Shown here: piece after piece, positions 28,207-38,416 of the stretch
How the letters are laid out: every line of letters starts with the position of its first letter
Numbering within the stretch: the stretch's first letter is position 1
Origin: Gemmatimonadota bacterium
Lineage (GTDB): Bacteria; Gemmatimonadota; Gemmatimonadetes; Gemmatimonadales; GWC2-71-9
Length of the DNA stretch: 54,051 nucleotides
Reading direction: 5' to 3'
Assembly: GCA_036679605.1 (NCBI GenBank)
Contig: JAZDCZ010000259.1
Location: 1 to 54,051, forward strand
Notes under the pieces: model-generated
What the model was told of the DNA's origin: nothing
The model's database searches: none
Seen by the model: only the letters and a program-made list of their open reading frames with translations
Made by a program: the position numbers and the translations under genes

Positions 28207-29994
28207 TCAAGGTTCTACCTGCAGGGGGTCGGGCTGTGTGGACGCCATCGCGCCGGTACGCTCAGCCAGCACTCTTCTAACGGCAGCAACTCCCTCGAAC
28301 ATGAGCCAGAGTTCCAGAATGAAGATTACCCCGCCCACCCCCAACAGCAGCATCTGACTATCGCTATAGTAACGGATGAGGTTCAAAATCATGCCCCACG
28401 TTGTCATGAAAAGGAGGAAAAGCATCGGCCCGACGGTAAGCCAGATCGGCCGCCGCAGGCGGATCAGGAAAAGGGTGATGACCAGCAAACTGAGACCGGC
28501 AGTCAGTTGATTGGTGGTACCGAAGAGCGGCCAGAGCCGCATGCCTCCCGCTCCACGATCGATGCCAAGGGCCAGTATCGCACAGCTTACGACGGCGATC
28601 AGTGTGGCGACCCACCTATTCTGAACAGCCTTGATCTTGTACTCGGATCCGAGTTCCGAAATGATGTATCGCTGTAGCCTTACGCCAGTGTCCATAGTCG
28701 TGGCCGCAAAGCTGATCACAACCACCGCCGCAAATATTACCGCCAAAGCATGAGGAATACCTATCCCTTCGGCCAACATGCCGATACCATTTACAAACGC
28801 GGTGGTCGCACCAGCAGAGGCCTGAGCCCAAGATCCATAGTGCTCATGCCATCCATCGACTCCTACGAAGAGTGCGAATCCAGCAGTTGTAGCCAGGATC
28901 GATATGATCGCAAGCGCACCCTCGCCCAGCGCTCCACCATAACCTACATATCGCGCCTCGGTTTCATTGTTGAGTTGCTTGGAGGAGGTACCCGACGCAA
29001 CCAGCCCATGAAATCCGCTTATGGCACCACACGCTATGGTAATGAATAGGAGAGGAAACCAATTGGGAGCATCCTTGGGAAGGTCATGATTAATCGCCGG
29101 TGCAACGACCTCGGGGTTCGTCACGATGACCGCAACCGCAATTATTCCAAGCGCAACGAAGAGTTGATGGCTGTTGACGTAGTCCCTCGGCTGCAACAGT
29201 AACCATACCGGTAACACGCTCGCGATGAACGCATAGACAAAAAGGATGATTACCCAACCCGCCCGTACTCCATCCGTTTGGGCTGCGACCGCTGCTGCAG
29301 CCGTATCCCCTTGTGACGCTGCCAGCTGGGCCGCGGTCGGCGCGAACCCGAAGAAATCGGGTAGCACAAACGGTACGTATTGGCCCAGCCAGATCAGGAC
29401 ATACAGGATGGCCAATGCCCCAAGCGATGGCCACAAGATCCCCACCCCCCTCTTGTAGATGAGGAATCCGACGATTACGGCCACGACAAGTGCGCCCCAA
29501 ACCGGAAGCACGGTTCCCGGATTTGCCAGGAGAAGGTTGGCGATCACCACCGAAAAAACTGCGTTGACCAGAAGCAGCAAAAAGAAAATGATGAGGAGGA
29601 ACAGAACTCGGCCCCGATCGCCGATCAACGATTCCGCAATAGTGCCCACCGACTGAGCCTTGTGCCGAGTCGAGATCCAGAGAGTGCCGAGATCATGAAC
29701 TGCCCCCGCAAAGATTGTCCCGAGAACAACCCAGAGGAACGCCGGCAACCAACCCCAGATGACGGCGATCGCAGGCCCCACTATCGGAGCGGCACCGGCT
29801 ACCGAGGTAAAGTGGTGTCCAAACAAGACGTGCTTGTTGGTCGGTACAAAATCGACCCCGTCCTCAAACTCGTGGGCCGGGGTCCGGTAGTTTGGATCGA
29901 GGCGAAAGATCCGCTCGGAGATGAACCGTGAATAGATCTGATAGCCCGCCAGAAAGGCCGACAGTCCTACGACCAACAGTGCGATTGAACTCAA
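28207..29994 (-). CDS. cstA: Carbon starvation protein A family transporter
   Basis: DGVDFVPT, GHHFTSVAGAAPIVGP, LLQPRDY, ACGAISGFH, LWPLFGTTNQL; TTG start with GGAGG. Confidence 0.93.
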   Translation of the reverse strand: MSSIALLVVGLSAFLAGYQIYSRFISERIFRLDPNYRTPAHEFEDGVDFVPTNKHVLFGHHFTSVAGAAPIVGPAIAVIWGWLPAFLWVVLGTIFAGAVHDLGTLWISTRHKAQSVGTIAESLIGDRGRVLFLLIIFFLLLLVNAVFSVVIANLLLANPGTVLPVWGALVVAVIVGFLIYKRGVGILWPSLGALAILYVLIWLGQYVPFVLPDFFGFAPTAAQLAASQGDTAAAAVAAQTDGVRAGWVIILFVYAFIASVLPVWLLLQPRDYVNSHQLFVALGIIAVAVIVTNPEVVAPAINHDLPKDAPNWFPLLFITIACGAISGFHGLVASGTSSKQLNNETEARYVGYGGALGEGALAIISILATTAGFALFVGVDGWHEHYGSWAQASAGATTAFVNGIGMLAEGIGIPHALAVIFAAVVVISFAATTMDTGVRLQRYIISELGSEYKIKAVQNRWVATLIAVVSCAILALGIDRGAGGMRLWPLFGTTNQLTAGLSLLVITLFLIRLRRPIWLTVGPMLFLLFMTTWGMILNLIRYYSDSQMLLLGVGGVIFILELWLMFEGVAAVRRVLAERTGAMASTQPDPLQVEP

Positions 29995-30079
29995 AGCGCA
30001 ACCTCCGGCTGCCCGAGAAGAGGCGATAGCCTACGTTGTGGCCTCACCCCATTAGCACACGGACCTCTGACACAGTAAA

Positions 30080-31072
30080 CTAGCTAGCATCATACGCCGT
30101 ATGTTCCAAAGTGGCCAACCGAAGCAACGATTCTATTCCGACTACATCCTTTTCCTGTAGCGGCACATGATAGATCGGGTAATCACCAAGAGAGCGATCG
30201 ATGCGCCTAAGATACTCTTCCTCTTGCTCCCTGCGCTTGGCCAGGAAGGCACCATCTGCATCACCGGGAAGAACGCGATTGACAAGAATCGCACCAACCG
30301 GTATTCCATACTTCGCGAGCGCGCGAACGGCTCTCTCGGTTTCCAGTATCGGAAGACGTTCGGGAGTGAGTACGAACGTGAATGCCGTGTGTTTGGCATC
30401 GGTCATCAACTGCCGCACTCGGTGGAACCTCGCCTTTCGTTCCTCGAGCATTGCTATCACCGTATCGCTGCCTTCTTCTGAAACATCGCCTGCAGCAGCC
30501 CCAGCGACATTGCGCCACATGCGACCTAAGACGTTGACCTTACGACGCCTGCTTATTAGTCCGCTAATCCACACCGACATCAGCTCTGGCAGCGAGAGCA
30601 GTCTTAGAGTTTGCCCCGTCGGTGCGGTGTCGAACAGGATTCGTTCGAACTGGCGACTCTCTGACTCGATTAGCCTGGCAAAACGCTCGAATAGCGCAGC
30701 CTCTTCCGCGCCTGGCGAAACACGTGCGATGTCGATTTGCCGTTCGACCTCGTCGACTAGCCTGGGTGCGATGGAATCTGCCATACGTTGTTTGACGCCG
30801 GCTATGTAGCGATCGGTCTCCTCTTCCGGGTCGATCTCCATCGCCCAGAAATCAGCACGTATCGGCCTCGGATCCGCACCGAGGTCAGTTTGCAGGATGT
30901 CACTGGTCGAGTGGGCGGGATCGGTGGAGACCAACAACGTTTTCTTACCGAGAGAGGCGCTACGAAGCGCAAATGCAGAGGCCATCGTCGTCTTGCCTAC
31001 TCCTCCCTTTCCACCGAAAAAGAGGATACGCTTATTCAGTAACGAGCTAATTGCATCCATGAGCGAGACCAA
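30080..31072 (-). CDS. Single-domain ArsA/GET3-family ATPase
   Basis: Deviant Walker A GKGGVGKTT, STDPAHS, PGAEE, DTAPTG; alternative start ATG 31060. Confidence 0.92.
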   Translation of the reverse strand: MVSLMDAISSLLNKRILFFGGKGGVGKTTMASAFALRSASLGKKTLLVSTDPAHSTSDILQTDLGADPRPIRADFWAMEIDPEEETDRYIAGVKQRMADSIAPRLVDEVERQIDIARVSPGAEEAALFERFARLIESESRQFERILFDTAPTGQTLRLLSLPELMSVWISGLISRRRKVNVLGRMWRNVAGAAAGDVSEEGSDTVIAMLEERKARFHRVRQLMTDAKHTAFTFVLTPERLPILETERAVRALAKYGIPVGAILVNRVLPGDADGAFLAKRREQEEEYLRRIDRSLGDYPIYHVPLQEKDVVGIESLLRLATLEHTAYDAS

Positions 31073-31087
31073 CGTGAGGCGTCCACC

Positions 31088-31378
31088 TCAGCAGCACCGG
31101 AATCCTCCTTCAGGGGCGCGCGGCATCCCCATCCTTTTGTGCCACTCGTGGAACTGCTCTATGAGTTCCGGATATAGCTCGAGAGTGTAAAACCCTACCG
31201 GGTTCGGTACGCCAATTAGATCGGAGAACCCTAGCAGCAGAAACAGGTCGCGTTGCTCGAGGTACTCCCTATGTATTACCGAGCGGTAGGGAGCAATGTA
31301 CATCCCTTCATAGATACTTCGCGCAGCACGGACCTTTCGTCGCACTACCCGTAGGACCCTCCTTAGGAGATGCTTCAC
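31088..31378 (-). CDS. Small CstA-associated protein ending in Cys-Cys-stop (resembles the family I recall as 'cory-CC-star')
   Basis: DLFLLL.FSD.IGVPNP..YTLELYP..FHEWHKRMGM...GGFRCC*. Confidence 0.8.
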   Translation of the reverse strand: MKHLLRRVLRVVRRKVRAARSIYEGMYIAPYRSVIHREYLEQRDLFLLLGFSDLIGVPNPVGFYTLELYPELIEQFHEWHKRMGMPRAPEGGFRCC

Positions 31379-31402
31379 TCGACCGTCCCCGCTCTCAGAT
31401 CG

Positions 31403-33013
31403 TCAGTTATTGAGGCCCATACCCCATTGCATGAGGCTGACGGGCAGCCCTCCGTAGCTGAGAACCTCATCATGGAATTTCCTCAGCGAGTACTCGCTTC
31501 CCTCTCTATCTCGGTAAGCTTCGCGCAAAGCCTTGAGTTCCCGGCGCCCAACGGCGTAGCAGAGCTGATACGTAGGATGTGCGCAGTAGCGTCGCACTTC
31601 TGCGCGCGCACTACTTACATCAAAATGGACCCTGCTAACCAAGAGATCTACCGCTTCGTCGACAGACATGCCCCTCGTGTGAAGGCCGACATCCACGACG
31701 ACCCTCACAGCGCGCCACATGAGGGCTACTCGCTGAAAAAAGCGCTCTTCCACCGAGCGATAAAACCCGAGTTCGTCCATCATATCTTCGCAGTACAGCG
31801 CCCATCCTTCTATGCTCACCGGAGTGCCGATCACCTTGCGCACCTTACGCGACTGAGTCTGCGCGCTGAGAAACTGGAGGTGGTGCCCCGGTACACCCTC
31901 GTGTAGAGAAGTACAGGCAACTTCGTATGTGCAGTGATCTCGCATGGCACGCTCGAGATCATCGTCCGCTAAGTCGCCCGGTGGTGGAGTCACATAGAAC
32001 CATCCTGACTTGTCACTTGAGAACGCGCCCGGCGGTTGATAGGCCGCGAAGGGAATCAGCGGACGTAAGAACTCGGGCGTGGCAATCACCTCAAGACGCC
32101 CATCGGGAATAGTTACCAAACTTCGGTCCTCCACGAAATCTCGCGCCCGCTCCATTTCGTCCGCGTAAGTCTGTATGACTTCGTCCGGTGGCGGATGAAT
32201 TCTGCGAAGCTGCTGAACCAAATCAGGCCATTGCACTCCAGGGGCGATCTCATCCGCCAACTCAGCCAGTTGACAGTCGGTGTCTTCGATTAGACGGTGT
32301 CCGTAGCGCCACACCTCCGACGCCACCATTCGGAGTCCGTGTTCGTATTGTAAGCGGAAGTTGAACGCATCTTCGCCAATAGCGAAATCGTTGTTGGCCG
32401 CACTTGCATCCAACGTCTCTAGGTGGTCAACGAATGAAGACAGCGCCGACTTGGCTTCGCCACACATCTCATCATATGAGTCATCATCGACGGGACGTAG
32501 CTCGCTAGCAACTTGATCGATGAGCAAACCTCCAGCCCGCACTACGTCGATCGCTGTCTCCACGAAAGGGGCTGGGCATTCCTTTAAGGTGGCCGCCGCC
32601 ATATCAAGAAAATCGGGAATGGCCGCAATTCTCTTTGCGGCACAATCGGCTCGATGATCTCTCGGACGGTCTCGCAACGCGAGCAACAGATAGAGGCCCT
32701 CGAGAGCGTGCGTGGCCCAGAAAGACGGATCCTTGACCTGTGGTTTTTCGCGCTCGAAGCGATGGACGGTAATTCTGATGGCGTTCAGGACTGCTGTGAG
32801 GTCGATCTCGTCATCGAGTGAGTCCACATCACACGCTTCTAGGCCGGCCTCGAGTGATTTCAGTGCGGCGATGTACCGAGTGATATCATCGTCGCCATAA
32901 GCGCCGAGTCGATCGTCATAAATGCTTATTCCGGCCCCTGTGGCCTCCACCGGATCGATATGCCACTTGAGGTCCAGATATGACTCAACCAGGTTCGATA
33001 GATGCGACGCCAT
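31403..33013 (-). CDS. DUF885 family protein
   Basis: HEGVPGHHLQ, EGWALYCE, RAVRVVVDVGLH, EVRRY..PTYQLCY. Confidence 0.9.
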   Translation of the reverse strand: MASHLSNLVESYLDLKWHIDPVEATGAGISIYDDRLGAYGDDDITRYIAALKSLEAGLEACDVDSLDDEIDLTAVLNAIRITVHRFEREKPQVKDPSFWATHALEGLYLLLALRDRPRDHRADCAAKRIAAIPDFLDMAAATLKECPAPFVETAIDVVRAGGLLIDQVASELRPVDDDSYDEMCGEAKSALSSFVDHLETLDASAANNDFAIGEDAFNFRLQYEHGLRMVASEVWRYGHRLIEDTDCQLAELADEIAPGVQWPDLVQQLRRIHPPPDEVIQTYADEMERARDFVEDRSLVTIPDGRLEVIATPEFLRPLIPFAAYQPPGAFSSDKSGWFYVTPPPGDLADDDLERAMRDHCTYEVACTSLHEGVPGHHLQFLSAQTQSRKVRKVIGTPVSIEGWALYCEDMMDELGFYRSVEERFFQRVALMWRAVRVVVDVGLHTRGMSVDEAVDLLVSRVHFDVSSARAEVRRYCAHPTYQLCYAVGRRELKALREAYRDREGSEYSLRKFHDEVLSYGGLPVSLMQWGMGLNN

Positions 33014-33015
33014 GC

Positions 33016-34263
33016 TCAATCGGCGTCCGTTCCTCCACCAAACTCGGCGACTAGACTGTGACACTCGTCCTCGCTCAAGACCCGGTCACTCCGCTTTGCC
33101 GCATCAAACAATCGCTGCAATAGGGCTTCGTTGGCGCAGTCATAGCCATGATCCGAAAGCCAGCATTTTACGTTGGATAGTCCCGATACCGGAGAAATCT
33201 CTATTACTTGCCGTGCGCCAAAGTTGCCGGCCGGTACACTGGAATAGACTCGGTCGGCCAACCAATCGTCACCCTTGGCCTTGGCCTTGACGATCGCCGC
33301 CGCATGCACACCCGTGCCTGTTCTAAAAGCGTCCTCGCCCATCACGGGGTAATTGGCCGGCAGAAGTGCGCCAGTTGTCCTGGCGGCGAGCAAACAATAG
33401 TCACGCAGGCCGGAAACGTCGTGGCGATACGCTCCCAATAGATGGAGATTCACGATCAGTAAATCCATTTCGGCATTGCCCACACGCTCACCGATGCCCA
33501 AGGCGGTGGCATGAACGCGGTCAGCTCCAGCTTCTATTGCTGCCAAACAGTTCACAATTGCTAATCCACGGTCACGGTGACCGTGCCAGTCGAGCTTTAC
33601 GTCTTCGCCCGACGGGCCGATGATCTCGTCCCTTACAAACTTGACGAGATTTCGAACACCGTGCGGCGTGGCATGCCCGACAGTATCGGCAATGCAGAGT
33701 CGCCGGGCGCCCCACCCAATGGCGTTACTATACAGAGCCTTCAGAGTTTCGGCCCTCGCCCGAGTAGTATCCTCCGTCACGAACATCACGGGCAATCCCT
33801 CGGCCACGGCGAACTTCACGGCCTTCTCGCTCACCTCGAGCATGCGGTCCAACGTCCAGTTCTCGGCGTACTGACGAATGGGAGACGACCCAATGAATGT
33901 CGCGGCTTCGATTGCGATTCCTGTTTCCTGGGATATGCGGGCGATTGGTTCGACATCCGCGATCACCGTTCGGGCCGCGCAGTTCGGGAAGATCGGCAGC
34001 TCCGCTTCAGCGATTTCACGAGCCAAGAGCGTAACCGACTCAGCCACGTGAGCGCCGGCGCCTGGCAGGCCTATATCGGCAGATGCGATTCCCAAAGCTG
34101 CCATGCAATGGAGCAATTCTATCTTGGCCTCGATCGGCGGATCGATGGCCGAAGGAGACTGAAGTCCGTCCCGCAAAGTCTCGTCGTTCAGATCGACACG
34201 GACGGCACCCCAATCGAAACCGTCAACCTGGTTCCAATCGTAGATTAGATCGCTTTCTTGCAT
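33016..34263 (-). CDS. LeuA/homocitrate synthase-family acyltransferase lacking the regulatory domain
   Basis: DETLRDGLQ, EDTTRA, ADTVG, HGHRDRG, GIGERVGN, GVHA; start 34263 inferred. Confidence 0.85.
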   Translation of the reverse strand: MQESDLIYDWNQVDGFDWGAVRVDLNDETLRDGLQSPSAIDPPIEAKIELLHCMAALGIASADIGLPGAGAHVAESVTLLAREIAEAELPIFPNCAARTVIADVEPIARISQETGIAIEAATFIGSSPIRQYAENWTLDRMLEVSEKAVKFAVAEGLPVMFVTEDTTRARAETLKALYSNAIGWGARRLCIADTVGHATPHGVRNLVKFVRDEIIGPSGEDVKLDWHGHRDRGLAIVNCLAAIEAGADRVHATALGIGERVGNAEMDLLIVNLHLLGAYRHDVSGLRDYCLLAARTTGALLPANYPVMGEDAFRTGTGVHAAAIVKAKAKGDDWLADRVYSSVPAGNFGARQVIEISPVSGLSNVKCWLSDHGYDCANEALLQRLFDAAKRSDRVLSEDECHSLVAEFGGGTDAD

Positions 34264-34362
34264 GGCCGAAGTCTCATCGGAGACACTCGCACCGTCAAGG
34301 ATAGGGGTCAGCAGGCCCTCGAGCATCTGTCTCTCTCCTCTGTTGTTGATGTCTCGGTCAGT

Positions 34363-35958
34363 CTATCGCAACGGCGGAGTCATCGCCGGCGAACGCCGGT
34401 GCTTAGTCGCTTGCTCGAAGGAGTAGGCAATCGCAATCAGGCTGGGCTCGGTCCATGCGTCGCCCAAGATCTGTAAACCCACGGGAAGTGAGCCCTGTAC
34501 AAATCCCATCGGCACCGTGATGGCAGGGAATCCTGTCGGTGGAGAGATGCGCGGGCTGTTGTTGCCGTGGGGAGAGTTCAAATCTCCAATCAAGCGGGGA
34601 GGATTGCTCCAAGAGGGATACGCCAGGGCGTCCAACCGATGTTCGGCTAGCACACGTCGCACCCCCTGCCGCAGTTGTTCTGTGTTATCTAGGGCCGCCA
34701 GACATCCCTCGTCCTCATCAGGCCCTTTCTCCACAGCTTGGAAAAAACGTAGTCTCTGAGAGATCGAGGGATGAAACCGCCCGGATTCAATAATTTCTTC
34801 CAGAGTCTTGACCGGAGCGGCAGGACCCAAGCTGCGCAGGTACGCGTTGATGTCGGTCTTGAAGCGACGGCACCAGAGCGTGCCCTCAATGTCGTCCAGT
34901 TCGGGAATCGTGACCGAATCTACAACGATTGCGCCAGCGGCACGCATTGCCGCCAACGCCTCTTCGAATCGCTGCAGAACCTCTGGGTCGGCCGTCTCGG
35001 TATTCGACAGTTGCCGCAACACACCGATGCGCACGCCTCGCAATCCGTCTATGTCGAGAAACTCCGTGTAGTCGGACGCTCTCCGTCCGCGGCTCTCCTC
35101 CGTCACAGGGTCGGCCGGGTCGTATCCGGCGATCACGTCGAATACTTTCACTGCGTCGGTGACGGTACGAGTCATTGGCCCCGCGATGTCGCGATCCAGA
35201 TACAGCGGTATCACACCATCTCTGCTGGTCAAACCCATAGTGGATCTTATGCCCACCAGACTCGTGTGCGAGGACGGTCCCCTGATCGAGTTTCCCGTAT
35301 CCGTCCCCATGCCTACCGTCCCGAAATTGGCCGACACGGCGGCGGCCGTTCCGCCACTCGAACCAGCCGTTACCCGGTTGGTCGCATAGGGATTCCTGGT
35401 GTAACCCGGCAGAGCAGAACCGACGGTTTCGTAAGGCGAAAACGCAAACTCGGCCATGTTGGATTTTGCCAGCACAATCGCGCCGGCCTCGCGCAGCTTG
35501 CGCACCTGAAACGCGTCGTCGAGAGGAATGGAACCCTCTAGCGACAGCGAGCCCGCGGTTGTGGGTATGTCGTGCGTATCGTAGTTGTCCTTCACAATTA
35601 TCGGAATGCCGTGCAACGGACCCACGAACCCACCACGTGCGAACGCTGAGTCCAGTTGATCGGCCCGCTCCAGGGCCCGGGGATTGATCACGACTATGGC
35701 ATTGAGTGACGGACCCTGTTTGTCGTAGGCTTCGATTCGAGCCAGATATTGCTCAACCAGTTGTCTCGCCGTTAGACGTCCTTCGGTCATAGCCGAGTGG
35801 ATTTGGGCAATCGTCGTCTCTTCGATGGCGAATCTTTCCTGAGAGACCCGCTGCACCACCAAGCCAAACGAGCTATTGGGAACTGCTACCCCGACGCAGA
35901 GCGCGACGAGTTGTATCATTCGTGCACGAAACATTCGGTCACTCCAAGTGATTGTCAT
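34363..35958 (-). CDS. Secreted amidase-signature family protein
   Basis: GPLHGIPIIVKDN, GSSGGT, GTDTGNSIR (Lys/Ser/Ser triad); signal peptide. Confidence 0.9.
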   Translation of the reverse strand: MTITWSDRMFRARMIQLVALCVGVAVPNSSFGLVVQRVSQERFAIEETTIAQIHSAMTEGRLTARQLVEQYLARIEAYDKQGPSLNAIVVINPRALERADQLDSAFARGGFVGPLHGIPIIVKDNYDTHDIPTTAGSLSLEGSIPLDDAFQVRKLREAGAIVLAKSNMAEFAFSPYETVGSALPGYTRNPYATNRVTAGSSGGTAAAVSANFGTVGMGTDTGNSIRGPSSHTSLVGIRSTMGLTSRDGVIPLYLDRDIAGPMTRTVTDAVKVFDVIAGYDPADPVTEESRGRRASDYTEFLDIDGLRGVRIGVLRQLSNTETADPEVLQRFEEALAAMRAAGAIVVDSVTIPELDDIEGTLWCRRFKTDINAYLRSLGPAAPVKTLEEIIESGRFHPSISQRLRFFQAVEKGPDEDEGCLAALDNTEQLRQGVRRVLAEHRLDALAYPSWSNPPRLIGDLNSPHGNNSPRISPPTGFPAITVPMGFVQGSLPVGLQILGDAWTEPSLIAIAYSFEQATKHRRSPAMTPPLR

Positions 35959-37694
35959 CGCAACAGACCCGCTTCCACGGGATCGGTGTCGTCATAGAGC
36001 CGCCCCAGCCAGAGCACCAAGAGCACCACTTCGGCAGCAACGACAAGCCAGGCGACCACTGCAGCCGGAACGACGGCCCATCCTCCCAGGACGGGACGGG
36101 CCGTGAGGAACGTTCCTGCAGCCACGAGCCCGGGACCGAACATAGCCACCGCGAATAGAAGACCAGTACCAACAAAGGATAGCATGCTCTGTCCCATGTG
36201 TTCGATTCCACCGGGCCGACCCGTCCCGATATTCGCCCACGCGGGGAAGAGCAGCGCTACGGCATTTTGGAGTCCGATCGTTAGCAGGTTCAGCGGAAGC
36301 AAGAACAACAGAAACATTCCTAACAGTCCGATGGAGTTCGGCCAAGCCGGCACGTCCAAAGAACTGAACCGTGCGGCAGCAAACGCGAGCACGGCTAGCC
36401 CTGCCTGGAGAGCGCTGAGGGCTGCTGCAGAAGCTGAAATTTCCGAAGCTATCACCCAGGGTCCTCGCAACGGATAGGTACGCAGAATTTCGAGATTCGC
36501 CAAGTCGCTCCTCAAGTCGTAGCGAAAACCCAGTGGGCCAATGACGATCAACGACACAGCCAATCCCGCAACTATGAAAGTCACCGCATTCACGCCGGTC
36601 TGCCAGGATCCCGCCGAGAGAGTTGTCATGGCGAGAATCGCACCGATTCCAGCAACAACGATTAGTCCTGTTGTGAGCCGCATGTCTCGCGTGAACGCTA
36701 TCCAGTTCTTCCACAATATCGCGACCGCAGGGCGACCGGTTGGTGACAACTTGAGTCGAGAACTCCGCTTCACTTGTCGTGCCGGACCGGAGGGCCGGGC
36801 GCTCCGGCGTGCCTGCATTGCGGCGATGCGCTTTGCCCGCCGGACACCTGCATCCGCAGCTGCCTCCTCGAACGCTGCATCTGTCTTGATCACCCAGACA
36901 TAATGGAGCAGCAACATCAGCACTGCGCCCGGCACTGCACGTGCCCAGGCAGCTACGTCGGTGGCCAGAGCCGGTAGCACAATTACGCGAAACGGAAACA
37001 GGACCAGTCGGGGAATTGGCATGCCCAACAATTTGGTGACCTCGTCCACGACAGCTGCGAGAGAATTCGCGCTTCGCAACTCTGCCATACCAGAATTCAG
37101 ACTCCAAGCTAGGCCAGTCACGGCCAAGACAACAATCAGCACCGGAACACCGAACCTGCGCACGCCACTCCACCCCTTACCAGACGCACCCGCCCGCACC
37201 AACGACGCACCCAACTGGTGTAGATGCAGTGACGACATTGCCAGCCAAAGCGAAACGAAACGCAAGTACCATGGTAGTTGAGACGGAAGGACGATGGCTC
37301 CGAATAGACACGGTGCAAAGACGATTCCTGGCTGGGCTTTGAGCAACTTGAGCTGCACCAGACGCCGGCGCGTGAGCGGCGCTGGGAACAAGAACTGGAC
37401 CTCAGCGGGAGTGAAGGCCAGAGCATTCTCATAGCCTCCCCAAACCCACCACCAGAGCGCAAACATCGCTATGACGAATGGAATGAATGCCACTACCGTT
37501 ACGGGTATGTTGCTCCCGCCCGTTTCGCCGGTGGCACGGCCGATTGCCATAGATCCAAAGAGCCATCCGAAATAGGCGAGCCCCGCCACGAAGGCTATGG
37601 CGTAGCGCGGACTCTTGAGACGGCTGACGGTCCGCCTCAGTCGGTTGCGAGCACTCGTCCAAAGCAGGAAGGTGGCAAAGGATAGAGTGTTCAC
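35955..37694 (-). CDS. Putative ABC exporter permease
   Basis: Multi-TM; AEVQFLFPAP, FEEAA, ILWKN; GTG at 37694 overlaps the ATPase stop (TAGTG). Confidence 0.8.
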   Translation of the reverse strand: MNTLSFATFLLWTSARNRLRRTVSRLKSPRYAIAFVAGLAYFGWLFGSMAIGRATGETGGSNIPVTVVAFIPFVIAMFALWWWVWGGYENALAFTPAEVQFLFPAPLTRRRLVQLKLLKAQPGIVFAPCLFGAIVLPSQLPWYLRFVSLWLAMSSLHLHQLGASLVRAGASGKGWSGVRRFGVPVLIVVLAVTGLAWSLNSGMAELRSANSLAAVVDEVTKLLGMPIPRLVLFPFRVIVLPALATDVAAWARAVPGAVLMLLLHYVWVIKTDAAFEEAAADAGVRRAKRIAAMQARRSARPSGPARQVKRSSRLKLSPTGRPAVAILWKNWIAFTRDMRLTTGLIVVAGIGAILAMTTLSAGSWQTGVNAVTFIVAGLAVSLIVIGPLGFRYDLRSDLANLEILRTYPLRGPWVIASEISASAAALSALQAGLAVLAFAAARFSSLDVPAWPNSIGLLGMFLLFLLPLNLLTIGLQNAVALLFPAWANIGTGRPGGIEHMGQSMLSFVGTGLLFAVAMFGPGLVAAGTFLTARPVLGGWAVVPAAVVAWLVVAAEVVLLVLWLGRLYDDTDPVEAGLLR

Positions 37695-38416
37695 TACTTG
37701 TCTCTCGTTAGCGCCAGGAACACCTCCTCCAGACCTTCGCCTTCGAGTTCGGGCCTGCTGGCGAGAATCTCGCACAGCGAGCCTGCGGCCACCTTCCGTC
37801 CGCCCTGGATGACCAGTACGCTCGTGCACAGCTCCTCAACGAGATGAAGCAGGTGCGAACTCAGAATGACGGCACCTCCATTTGCAGCTTGATCGGCAAT
37901 GGTGGACTTCAACCTACGAATCCCAGCCGGGTCGAGACCGGTCATCGGCTCGTCGAACAGTATCGCCGTCGGTCGATGTATCAGGCCGCACGCAATCGCG
38001 AGTTTCTGCTTCATGCCCCTGGAGAGTTCGTCCGGCATAACGTGGCGCTTCTCGATCAGCTCTAACTCCTCGAGCAGCACGTCGATCCTAGAGCGAACAT
38101 CCGCCACTTCGTAGATCCTGCCCACAAAGCGCAAGTGCTCTTCAACCGTCAGGTGGTCAAACAACTTCGGATCATCCGGTATGAACGCGACTGCTCGTTT
38201 GGCAGCGAGAGGATCCTGCGACAAATCGTGGCCCGCTATGCGGATGCTTCCTGCCGTGGGATTAATGATGCCTACGATGCTTCTGAGCGTGGTCGTCTTC
38301 CCCGCACCGTTGGGACCCACCAAACCCAGCACCTCACCTGCTCGAACGGCAAACGACAGATCCGTAACAGCGGCCAAATCACCATAATACTTGGTCAACC
38401 CTTGGACCTCGATCAT
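37694..38416 (-). CDS. ABC transporter ATP-binding protein
   Basis: GPNGAGKTT, LSRGMKQKL, LFDEP, SSH. Confidence 0.93.
   Translation of the reverse strand: MIEVQGLTKYYGDLAAVTDLSFAVRAGEVLGLVGPNGAGKTTTLRSIVGIINPTAGSIRIAGHDLSQDPLAAKRAVAFIPDDPKLFDHLTVEEHLRFVGRIYEVADVRSRIDVLLEELELIEKRHVMPDELSRGMKQKLAIACGLIHRPTAILFDEPMTGLDPAGIRRLKSTIADQAANGGAVILSSHLLHLVEELCTSVLVIQGGRKVAAGSLCEILASRPELEGEGLEEVFLALTRDK

Noticed and set aside
30080..31072. Arsenic-resistance ArsA call
   Set aside because: Single domain, no cysteines, and no ars operon genes nearby
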